A stretch of DNA of 32,000 bases from Candidatus Scalindua sp. (GCA_031316235.1 JALDRA010000001.1:60001-92000), one strand, 5' to 3'. Positions 20,066 through 27,544 are shown, numbered from the stretch's first letter. The notes: a model not told the origin generated them from the letters alone. Numbers and translations are program-made.

Positions 20066-20389
20066 AAAGTCCTCCTGTACTCTATGGGTGCGAGTTTAAC
20101 CGATTCGCTCAAAAGGCGCAAGAAAAAAATGTCGCTGTAGTGATACTATGTAACGTATGATGAATTCAAAAAAGCGTGTAAATCTTTTTTTCAGAAAGAG
20201 CAAAAAATACAAGCAAGATATCTCCTCTTTATTGACTGAGAATTTCCAAATAATTGGTGCAAACACCTAAAACCATTTCGAAATGAGTATACTTTTAAAT
20301 CAGATATAATGTCGATACTTGCCTAATAAGGGTGGGATGCTATCCTTTTTTAAAGAGAGAAGGAAAATACTATTTCCCTATCATATTCT

Positions 20390-20701
20390 TTAATGATCTT
20401 CCTTTTTCCCCTTATCTATAAGTTTTTTGATAACTTCTTCGATTGGAAGTCCATCTTCAATATTCTGATCTGATGCAATTGATAAGACTTCAAGTTTCTC
20501 TCTTGTAACTATCTGCCTTCCTGCCAAAATATAGCAACAAAGCCTATTGTTTTTCGTAAGAAGGAGAGAACCTCCTTCTTGTGTATTTACAAATTTGTAC
20601 GGAGATTTTGATGCGGGAGTTCTATTCTTCTGGAATTGGGAGAAAAAATTTATATCCCGTTCATTAAACTTTTTTAGCCCAAACGAGCAGAAAACAGACA
20701 T
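20390..20701 (-). CDS. hypothetical protein (possibly a gene remnant)
   Basis: 103-aa ORF with GGAG 6 nt upstream of the ATG. No family confidently recognised. Confidence 0.3.
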   Translation of the reverse strand: MSVFCSFGLKKFNERDINFFSQFQKNRTPASKSPYKFVNTQEGGSLLLTKNNRLCCYILAGRQIVTREKLEVLSIASDQNIEDGLPIEEVIKKLIDKGKKEDH

Positions 20702-21190
20702 AGCTCCGCCCTTTCAACTCCACAAGGTTTCCGTTCAAACAACATGTCGCAAATTTTTTGCCGTACATATAGCCTCTCTTAAGAAATATTCTAACGTATA
20801 ACCAATGTAGCGATTATACGAACACAATGATATGCAGCAAGTCTATCCATAATTTAAATTGTTTATAAAACCAACATGCACTGTATAAACATTGAACGTT
20901 GATGAACACATTTCAGGGGTTCCGGGTTAACAGTTCAGTGGTTCAATGGTTCAAGAATTAAAAAACTGGAAAACAGAACCTTTGAGAGTTGAACTTTCAT
21001 CGAGATCCATTATTCTTCACTAACCTTGAACCGTGAACTTGGAATCTAACCTCTTACATAGTTCAGCATAGAGTTTTGGTATTCGGTTTGTGGATCACTA
21101 TATTAATAATATAAAGGGGGCAACCATGAACGGGGATCATAAACTTTTGAACACTTACTCTTTCAAATATATCCGCAGATTACGCAAATT

Positions 21191-21397
21191 TTACAGACAG
21201 AGTTTCCTGAATTTCTGCCTTATCAACGAGTAGATAATTAATAGAGACACAAGGAACAGACCTAAATAGGAAGAAAGGTCTCTTATCCATTTTGAGTGAA
21301 CATGATATTGGTTAACGTTGATTTTGTCTTGTGCCACAAAATTTCCCTTTACTGACAAAAGATTCGAGTGATCAAGTTTCAGACCAATTACTGTCAA
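21191..21397 (-). CDS. hypothetical small protein with C-terminal hydrophobic anchor
   Basis: 68-aa ORF. Its TTG start overlaps the upstream TGA (TTGA). C-terminal segment LGLFLVSLLIIYSLIRQKFRK. No PEP motif. Confidence 0.3.
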   Translation of the reverse strand: MTVIGLKLDHSNLLSVKGNFVAQDKINVNQYHVHSKWIRDLSSYLGLFLVSLLIIYSLIRQKFRKLCL

Positions 21398-22095
21398 CTC
21401 TTCTCCGGTAAATGTACGAATGGTACCCCGGATTTATCATGGAGATAATAATTTCTGTCAAGCTCTATTTGCCTACCTGGCCGTTCAGAGCGATTGCGTA
21501 AGGTTTTCACGAAGTGATTGTCTGCTTCTCCCGGACCGTCTAGGAGAAAAAAAGGGAGGCCAAAGTAAGCCAAAATAAGTGTAATGAGAGCAAATAGGCG
21601 TAAGGCAGAACACCATGTTATGTTAATGGGAATTGCAGCTGCACGCCGCCAGTTCCAGACCAGGTAACCAAGGCCAAAGATGGTCAGCAGGTAAGTAGGA
21701 AGGCTTTCGGGCCAAAAAAAACTGAAATTTAACAAGTGCCAATTAAAGGGAGCCAAAAAATGAACCCCATTGGCCCATTTAGTCTCACATGCGTCGAGAA
21801 ACAGGTGAAGAAATGAATTAAAAGCAAGAATTACGAAAGTCTTCCAATAATTCAAAGAAAGAGCAGCAATGGCAGCGCTTAGAAGCAGGCAAAAACAGAA
21901 TGAGGATTGTATTATCACGTACAATCGGAGATCGTAAGGATCTGTACCGGAAAAGCCAAACTTTGTAACACGCTGCAATATCCAGGCAAGATCAGGGACG
22001 ATGCAGCCTATATAAATCCACTTATAATCTGCATCCTTCAGAAAGGTTCGACTCGTCAATCCTTGTAAACCTAAATGTGCTAACGTATTTGGCAA
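21394..22095 (-). CDS. integral membrane protein, metal-dependent-hydrolase-like (YdjM/DUF457-like pattern)
   Basis: 233 aa. N-terminal MPNTLAHLG, then PDLAWI, HLFLDACE and several TM segments. The assignment rests only on the His/Asp pattern. Confidence 0.4.
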   Translation of the reverse strand: MPNTLAHLGLQGLTSRTFLKDADYKWIYIGCIVPDLAWILQRVTKFGFSGTDPYDLRLYVIIQSSFCFCLLLSAAIAALSLNYWKTFVILAFNSFLHLFLDACETKWANGVHFLAPFNWHLLNFSFFWPESLPTYLLTIFGLGYLVWNWRRAAAIPINITWCSALRLFALITLILAYFGLPFFLLDGPGEADNHFVKTLRNRSERPGRQIELDRNYYLHDKSGVPFVHLPEKS

Positions 22096-22220
22096 AAATT
22101 AGTTCCGTTCAAAAGAAAACAGTTTTACAAGAAATTATGAACATTGATTCCGTATTGTATTTTCAAATCACTTAATCTTAGTTCAAGCAGCATAAAGGTG
22201 TAAAGTGGTGGCTTAGGGAG

Positions 22221-22694
22221 GATGGCTGATGGCTCATAGCTCATGGCTCATGGCTGATGGTTAAGCGTTCAGAGGTTGATGGCTCATGGTTAAGCGTTCA
22301 GAGGTTCTGGGTTCAGCGTACAGAGGTTTATGGCTTATGGCTCATGGAATAGTTAAAGGCTGAAAGGGCAATGGGTGAAATCTAAAAAGTATAAAAACAA
22401 ACAAAGCCAAAGGCTCAAAGATTAAAGCTCATTGTTGATGGCTGATGGCTGATGGCTCATGGCTCATGGTTGATGGCTGATAGCTGATAGCTCATAGCTC
22501 ATGGCTGACGGCTGATGGCTCATAGCTGATGGTTCAGCGTTCAGAGGTTCAGAGGTTCTGGGTTCAGAGGTTCAGAGGTTCTGGGTTCAGAGGTTCAAGA
22601 TTCTGGGTTCAGAGGTTCAAGGTTCAAGGTTCTGGGTTCAGCGTTCAGAGATTCTGGGTTCAGAGGTTCAAGGTTCAGGGTTGATGGCTCATGG
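22221..22694 (+). repeat. 7-8-nt tandem repeat array (GATGGCT/CATGGCT/CATAGCT block plus GGTTCAGAG/GGTTCTG/GGTTCAAG block), bipartite
   Basis: Fourteen in-phase heptamers occupy 22437-22534. They are followed by ~20 units of cagaggtt/ctgggtt/caaggtt/cagcgtt up to ~22680. A first sub-array at 22221-22347 is separated by ~86 bp of unique sequence. Confidence 0.9.
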
Positions 22695-22757
22695 GGTAAA
22701 GATGTAGTAGATATTCATCGCGATCTCTGCGGCTTTGCGAGAAACTATTTTTTGATA

Positions 22758-22807
22758 TATACTCATCAGATAATGGTTTTTGGGAAAAATAGCGTGGTTT
22801 TTACATA
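22758..22807 (+). mobile_element. MITE type 1, internally deleted remnant
   Basis: tatactcatcagataatggtttttgggaaaaatagcgtggtttttacata shares both ends with copies A-F. It overlaps the last two codons and the stop of the sugar transferase ORF. Confidence 0.55.
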
Positions 22808-23499
22808 CCCTGGTCTCTATATTGCATTTCACCAAAGAGGCTGACCCGTAATGTTAATAAAAGAATTTTGAAGTCAAGCAACCAGGACATCTTCTTTATA
22901 TAAAAAGTGTCATACTGAATTTTCTTCTCAACGTCTCGTAAGGTTTCATCGTATTTATAGTAACATTGCGCCAGGCCCGTTATGCCTGGTTTTACGGTTA
23001 AACGGTTTGTATATCCCGGAATATCTTTTATAAATTTATTTACAAAATGCGGTCTCTCTGGTCTTGGGCCGACAATACTCATATCTCCCTGAATCACGTT
23101 AACAAATTGAGGTAGTTCATCTATGTGTGTCTTTCTGAGAATTCTGCCTAAAAGGGTTATTCGTGGATCATTCTTCTTTGCCCATGTTGGACCAAACTCA
23201 TCTTCTGCATTAAAATGCATTGTCCTGAATTTAATTATCTCGAATATTTTACCGTTTATACCTACCCTTTCCTGTGAATAAAATACAGGTCCCTTTGAGG
23301 TTATTTTTATGAGCGGCAGGAACAGTATGATACCAGAAATTGCCAGAAATGAATCGATCCGCGGCTTTGCTGTGACATATACACTTCTGGAGAAAAAATC
23401 ATCCTTGATTCGTGAAACCCTGGAGACCACTCTCTTCTTTAAAATATTTATGTCAAACCACAATGACTGTTGGCGTACATACCGAATGTCTTTACGCAT
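22801..23499 (-). CDS. polyprenyl-phosphate hexose-1-phosphate transferase (bacterial sugar transferase family); N-terminal boundary uncertain
   Basis: Motifs KGPVFYSQERVG..KFRTM, DPRIT, IDELPQFVNVIQGDMSIVGPRPERP and KPGITGLAQ. The first ~23-30 codons (RKDIRYVRQQSLWFDINILKK) look like the C-terminal tail of the preceding, disrupted transferase. A GTG at 23430 is an alternative start. Confidence 0.8.
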   Translation of the reverse strand: MRKDIRYVRQQSLWFDINILKKRVVSRVSRIKDDFFSRSVYVTAKPRIDSFLAISGIILFLPLIKITSKGPVFYSQERVGINGKIFEIIKFRTMHFNAEDEFGPTWAKKNDPRITLLGRILRKTHIDELPQFVNVIQGDMSIVGPRPERPHFVNKFIKDIPGYTNRLTVKPGITGLAQCYYKYDETLRDVEKKIQYDTFYIKKMSWLLDFKILLLTLRVSLFGEMQYRDQGM

Positions 23500-24825
23500 T
23501 ATCTCGTCAAGGGGAGTTGGTTCTTTTCACGAGTATCGTGTAACCCGATCAGTCCGGGAATAGCATGGAAACGCTCCCTGTGCCAGGGATGATCTTCTCT
23601 TATCTGGTTTGGAGTCGCCGGACTCGGCCCTATAAGACTCAATTCCCCAAGGAGCACATTGATTAACTGTGGTAATTTATCAATGCGCAGTTTACAAATT
23701 ATGCTGCCTAATGGTATTAAACGTATTTCTTCGTTTGCAGTTTCCATAGTAACACTTTCACCCTCCTTTTATATACTCATCTTATAATGGTTTTCGGACA
23801 AAATACGAGAAATAACGGAGCAAGTATCACTGAAACCAGGTTTTGGTTTTTAGTAAATTATAAAACTAAATCGGTTTTAGTATACCACACTGTTCCAATC
23901 AGCAACCCGGACTGGTGCTGCTCTTTTTTCTATCGTCGTTACAGGCATTCATCGTGCGGAATCTCCACAAGGCTACCCTTTTGCCTAAAAACCCTACTCG
24001 CTCCTCTTTGATAAAAACTGGCCCTCCGGGTAACACAATCTTGATAACAAGAGATAGCAAAACAACGAGAGGTAACAACAGAACAAGACCTGCAAGAGAA
24101 CCGATAACATCAATCACGCGTTTCAATGCCGGTGTTCCACAGTTAAAAGAACCAGGAATTTTTATGGCGGGTATTGAGTGGTCCAGATCTTGGTTGTTAC
24201 GGAGTACGGAGAAAACCTCAGGTGATCGTCTCTCGTCTTTTCCTGCGTAAAACCTTGATCTATCTGGATTTTTTATCTCACTTTTAATACTTCCATTAAA
24301 ATGGGGTTTCTGTAAACTTCCACTCCTGGAATATATGTCTTGCCAGTTGTCCGGATATTCATAAACGGCAAATTTAACTGATTGTCCATTGGAAGAAGCC
24401 TTTTCACGAATATCTTCAGCGAAACACAGCGCACTTTGTCTGTCTGTATCACACAGAATCACAGCGATATGCCGGTCATTATACCAACCATATTCATCAC
24501 ACAAACGTTTCTGTCGGTTATGCAGTATTCTCACAAGTTTCTCGAAGGCTTCCCGGGTCTTTTCCACAACTTCAAAGATCACAAGAGAAAATCTATGTCC
24601 GTTTCTGTCACAGCGAACGCATTCCCGCACAAGGATCTGTTTAAATGTTTTTTCGGAATGGAAGTCAACTTGTAACTTCTTATGGTCTATCCTGTTTAAT
24701 TTTTTTCTCTTTTCAAGAACCAGATTAACTTCAGCATTTTTAATCCTCTTTCTTTTATGATGGGCGGATGTTTTCAGAGCAGCTATTGAAAGTCCTCGGT
24801 GCCATTTGTCCGGGGATAACTGCAA
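23410..24825 (-). pseudogene. degenerate-GGDEF domain fused to a sugar transferase; disrupted by MITE insertions and frameshifts
   Basis: aa ~55-165 of ORF 23899..24825 follow the GGDEF fold pattern (FKQILVRECVRCDRNGHRFSLVIFE .. RLCDEYGWYNDRHIAVILCDTDRQSALCFAEDIREKA). An RxxD motif (RLCD) is retained five residues before NDRHI, which replaces GG[DE]EF. Transferase N-terminal part: KRVIDV..GGPVFIKEERVG..RFRTM. MITE copy B follows. The middle part (IDKLPQLINVLLGELSLIGPSP) is in ORF 23499..23747, and the tail is in a third frame. The first ~12 codons are MITE-derived. Confidence 0.75.
23772..23884 (+). mobile_element. MITE type 1, copy B (inside the sugar-transferase pseudogene)
   Basis: tatactcatcttataatggttttcggacaaaatacgagaaataacggagcaagtatc...aaatcggttttagtata. 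It separates the FRTM and DELPQL-type blocks of one transferase domain. Confidence 0.8.
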
Positions 24826-24846
24826 ACAGGCTTTGATTTTTGTATA
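24791..24846 (+). mobile_element. MITE type 1 fragment (right part of the copy-F variant)
   Basis: agtcctcggtgccatttgtccggggataactgcaaacaggctttgatttttgtata aligns with 31117-31175 (agtcctcggcgcctggttttgtccggggataccagcaagccatgctttggtttttagtata). It supplies the apparent TTG start of ORF 23899..24825. Confidence 0.65.
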
Positions 24847-24880
24847 TCACGCCAAGACGCTAAGAACGCAAAGCAAATAA

Positions 24881-25005
24881 ATGGCTCATGGCTGATAGAT
24901 GGTTCAGCGTTGATGGGTTGATGGCTTATGGTTCATTGCTAATAGCTCATTGCTATTGCTCATGGCTGGTTCATAGCTAATAGCTCGTGGCTTATGGCTC
25001 ATGGT
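24881..25005 (+). repeat. heptamer array (degenerate CATGGCT/CATAGCT/GATGGNT units) 3' of four-helix-bundle gene copy 1
   Basis: atggctcatggctgatagatggttcagcgttgatgggttgatggcttatggttcattgctaatagctcat...cttatggctcatgg. Confidence 0.85.
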
Positions 25006-25396
25006 TATTTCGTAATTGTTTTCTTTATTGAATTTATGAGACTTGAAAGTTGTTTACCTATTGTATCTCCTACTATTCGTAAATCATTAAGCTTTGAATT
25101 GGAGATCCAATTCTTTTTGTAAAATATAGTTAAAAAAGTAATTGTTTCAAATAGTGAGCCACGTGCAATATATAGATATTGGATGAATTCTTTTTGGAAT
25201 TACGTCCTTTCCCTTCAGCAATATTTGCTGAAATTGATGTTGCGGATGATTCTAATTGTTCTATCAATCTATAATGATTGCGATCAGAATTCATTGTATC
25301 TGCAATGCCAATAACACTCACTGCAAAATCTATAGATTTTTGCCAGACATCTAAATCTTCAAAACTAAACTTTGTTTCACACATTTTCTCCATCAT
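25003..25396 (-). pseudogene. four-helix-bundle protein (23S rRNA intervening-sequence protein / Avd family) with a -1 frameshift in an A-run
   Basis: The ORF 25130..25396 gives MMEKM..FEDLDVWQKSIDF..ATSISANIAEGKGRNSKK, then leaves the family pattern. Adding one A to the A5 run (25191-25195 on the plus strand) restores EFIQYLYIARGSLFETITFLTIFYKKNWISNSKLNDLRIVGDTIGKQLSSLINSIKKTITK*, with the stop at 25003-25005. Confidence 0.8.
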
Positions 25397-25436
25397 TAAC
25401 CATCAGCTATGAACTATGAACTATCAACCATGAGCT
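25397..25436 (-). repeat. short heptamer block, inverted relative to 24881-25005, immediately 5' of four-helix-bundle gene copy 1
   Basis: taaccatcagctatgaactatgaactatcaaccatgagctc. AGCTATG and CCATCAG are reverse complements of the CATAGCT and CTGATGG units on the other side of the gene. Confidence 0.8.
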
Positions 25437-25631
25437 CTGTGCAATCTGCGGATGAATGTTTTTAAATTTTTTTGATAAAACGGTCTCTGTTACCGGCTGC
25501 TATAGAATTTGAAAGGACGTCTCTGATTTACCACTCTACCTGCACCAACAATTGAGTTTCGCCCCAAACGTATTGATTACAGGGAGAGTTCCCAATGGGT
25601 ATATCGATACAAATCATGTCATTGTGAGTTT

Positions 25632-25716
25632 TATACTCATCTCATAATGGTTTTAGGATAAACTCCGAGATAAAATTGAGCGGATATACCAGCAACCAGG
25701 CTTTGGTTTTTGTATA
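25632..25716 (+). mobile_element. MITE type 1, copy C (short variant lacking the second hairpin)
   Basis: tatactcatctcataatggttttaggataaactccgagataaaattgagcggatataccagcaaccaggctttggtttttgtata. Confidence 0.75.
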
Positions 25717-25798
25717 CCGTATAATACTCTCTATAAAGAAGGGTAGCTAGGCAAACAGACGGGGTGCATTTTGCCATGGGTATAGTATCTTTATACTA

Positions 25799-26830
25799 TT
25801 AGTAATATTGATAATGGGAGTGCCCCTGCATCTCACTTTCATTCATGACACAGCCTATAATCCTGCAATCGTGAAGTGTCTCAACGGCCCGTTTTGTTAT
25901 ACTTTTCTTAGTAATTTTACAATTGATAACCAAAACAACTCCGTCCGATAGAGGGGACAAAACTGATGCATCAGGAAAGGAGAGGATTGGCGGAGTATCA
26001 ATAATCACATAATCGAAATGTTCTTTCAAATATGAAACCAGCTGTTTGTTTTTCTTAGATTCTAACAGTTCACAGACATCAGGGGTTTTACTGCCTGCGG
26101 GAATTACCGTTAATCCCGGTATTATCCCATTATAAGAACAATTACCAATTCCTGTTTCCCCGCCAAGATAATCAGAAAGTCCTTTATCAGGAACAAAACC
26201 AAGCAGTTTATGAACCGAGGGATTTCTGATATCGCAATCAACAAGAACTACCCTGGTATTATTTTTGCATAATGAAATTGCGATGTTCACAGCGGTTATG
26301 CTCTTCCCCTCATTCTGAACTGCACTGGCAATTACTAACACCTTGCTCCTGCCCGTCTTCAACATATCCTTCAGTGATACCTGCAGACGGCGAAAGTTGA
26401 CCATTACAGGCCCATCCCACGTTTGTTTGCCAAGGAAGTCATAATACGCTACGATATGCTCGTCCACATAACCTGTTTTCTGGTCATCACTAATCTCCCG
26501 TTCTTGTGTATTGGTTTTAGGATTTCGAGATAAAAGAGTCTCACTTTTTTCCTGGTCAGCCAGTAAGTTATGGAGAGTAGTAGCTTCTATTTCTTTCTTT
26601 TCACTGTCAATTGCACTATTCTCTTCATGGTTGGGCAACTGAGAATCTGATCTGTTCTGGTGATTATTTATAATTGAACCAGCCAGTACTGAATCATCCT
26701 TATTCCTGGTTATTGCAGCAGGATTGACAATTTTCGATGCTCTTTCGATAATAGAAACTGATTCAATTACTTCCTTATCCTTTTTTACTTCGTTTTTAGT
26801 CTTTTTTAATGCTTTTTCGATTTTAGACAT
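25799..26830 (-). CDS. BY-kinase (CpsD/CapB-type protein tyrosine autokinase) with a long low-complexity N-terminal region
   Basis: 343 aa. Walker A VQNEGKS, Walker A' VVLVDCDIRNP, Walker B YVIIDTPP, and a Tyr-containing tail SHYQYY. The first ~150 aa are polar and disordered-looking. Confidence 0.9.
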   Translation of the reverse strand: MSKIEKALKKTKNEVKKDKEVIESVSIIERASKIVNPAAITRNKDDSVLAGSIINNHQNRSDSQLPNHEENSAIDSEKKEIEATTLHNLLADQEKSETLLSRNPKTNTQEREISDDQKTGYVDEHIVAYYDFLGKQTWDGPVMVNFRRLQVSLKDMLKTGRSKVLVIASAVQNEGKSITAVNIAISLCKNNTRVVLVDCDIRNPSVHKLLGFVPDKGLSDYLGGETGIGNCSYNGIIPGLTVIPAGSKTPDVCELLESKKNKQLVSYLKEHFDYVIIDTPPILSFPDASVLSPLSDGVVLVINCKITKKSITKRAVETLHDCRIIGCVMNESEMQGHSHYQYY

Positions 26831-26917
26831 GGTGCTATATGATACTACAGTTTAACGTCCAATGGAGAATCTGGGAGGCGGAATTCTGAATTTAGAATAG
26901 TGGAATATAGTTTCAAA

Positions 26918-27544
26918 GCTGTCATTCCCGCCCGCCTGTACCTATTCTGGCAGGCATGCATTTGGTGGGAATCTAGTATGAACGTGCCTCTGGATACCCG
27001 ATAAAAACGTTCGGGTATGACAAAATATGCATACGCAAAAACCTAACCGGACACTACTAATAAAGCATTGAAACTTACTAAAAATTCCTCTTAACGCAGA
27101 GGCGCAGAGGCCGCAGAGATTACGTCAAGCTGCGCTTGAAAGTAAATTTACTGCAATTTATTGGCTACCCTGAAAATCCCTTCTCGCAATACCTCAACAT
27201 GAAAATTGATTATTATACTCATCTCATACTGGATTTCGGATAAAATCCGAGATAAAATTGAGCGAGTATACCTTCACCAAGATTTGGTTTCCGGTAAAAC
27301 AGAAAACCAAATCGGTTTTAGTATATCTCGTTTTCATGCATAACAAATAGTGCCTCACCTATTTTACCGTATTCTTTATAGACCTCCGCGCCCTCTGCGC
27401 CTCTGCGTTAAGTCTTTTTAATCTTAAATTATCAATGTAAGCATTATGCATTTAACAACTCACCTGCCCGAATAGGTACAGGCGGGCGGAAATGACAACT
27501 TTGTGACAATAAATAAAACACGTAAAAACCAAATCGGAAACTAC
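26918..27544. repeat. nested palindromic repeat pile filling the ATPase/kinase intergenic spacer
   Basis: Outer inverted repeat: gctgtcattcccgcccgcctgtacctattc (26918-26947) versus gaataggtacaggcgggcggaaatgacaac (27470-27499). Inner inverted repeat: ttaacgcagaggcgcagaggccgcagag (27091-27118) versus ctccgcgccctctgcgcctctgcgttaa (27384-27411). MITE type 1 copy D sits at the centre. MITE type 2 right end at 27032-27055, and a degenerate inverted left end at ~27490-27544. Confidence 0.8.
27214..27325 (+). mobile_element. MITE type 1, copy D
   Basis: tatactcatctcatactggatttcggataaaatccgagataaaattgagcgagtataccttcaccaagatttggtttccggtaaaacagaaaaccaaatcggttttagtata. Confidence 0.8.

Larger units (their letters stand above)
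17702..20142 (-). mobile_element. IS701-like insertion sequence with an extra DUF4338 ORF, nested in the IS630 transposase gene
   Basis: Terminal inverted repeats: cactacagcgaca at 17702-17714 versus its exact reverse complement tgtcgctgtagtg at 20130-20142, extending imperfectly through a T-run. Flanked by a 4-bp direct duplication ATAC (17698-17701 and 20143-20146). 2441 bp. Confidence 0.85.
16793..20239 (+). pseudogene. IS630-family DDE transposase, interrupted by a nested IS
   Basis: N-terminal HTH region, then YFMDDAHPQHN, CDNARYYRS and LPPYSPNLNLIERLW motifs. The frame is broken at 17701/17702. Joining 17701 to 20147 (removing the insert and one ATAC copy) restores ..RKKVLNNKY-YVTYDEFKKACKSFFQKEQKIQARYLLFID*, with the stop at 20237-20239. 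Confidence 0.85.
16721..20291 (+). mobile_element. IS630-family insertion sequence (about 1.13 kb once the nested insertion is removed), flanked by TA
   Basis: Left end ta|tataccagtcgcgaaat..gaaaattctc. The reverse complement of the right end is tatactcatttcgaaatgg..ggaaattctc, with TA at 20290-20291. The two ends share tatac, cgaaat and gaaattctc blocks with an internal indel. It encodes an IS630-type transposase. End coordinates are +/- a few nt because of TA-rich termini. Confidence 0.65.

Noticed and set aside
21127-21234. 35-codon plus-strand ORF (MNGDHKLLNTYSFKYIRRLRKFYRQSFLNFCLINE) preceded by AAAGGGGG
   Set aside because: The Shine-Dalgarno-like sequence is strong. However, the ORF is tiny, has no recognisable family and converges into ORF 21191..21397. 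It cannot be supported without conservation or expression data.
22221-22694. Possible CRISPR array (also considered for 30264-30469 and 31545-31617)
   Set aside because: The units are 7-8 nt, or 19 nt directly abutting, with no unique spacers of 25-40 nt between them. No cas genes are in the window.
25003-25396. Four-helix-bundle protein as the Avd component of a diversity-generating retroelement
   Set aside because: The family includes DGR Avd proteins, but there is no reverse transcriptase gene in the window. The two paralogous ~190-bp flanks differ mostly by mixed transitions, not adenine-specific substitutions, so there is no TR/VR signature.
25441-25631. Conserved 27-codon ORF (MICIDIPIGNSPCNQYVWGETQLLVQVEW; second copy at 30900-31020) upstream of the four-helix genes
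   Set aside because: It is present in both copies, but the substitutions between them are mostly non-synonymous (I/M, G/D, Q/E, V/A). There is no convincing ribosome-binding site and no family I can name. It is probably part of the duplicated spacer, or a gene fragment, not a selected peptide.
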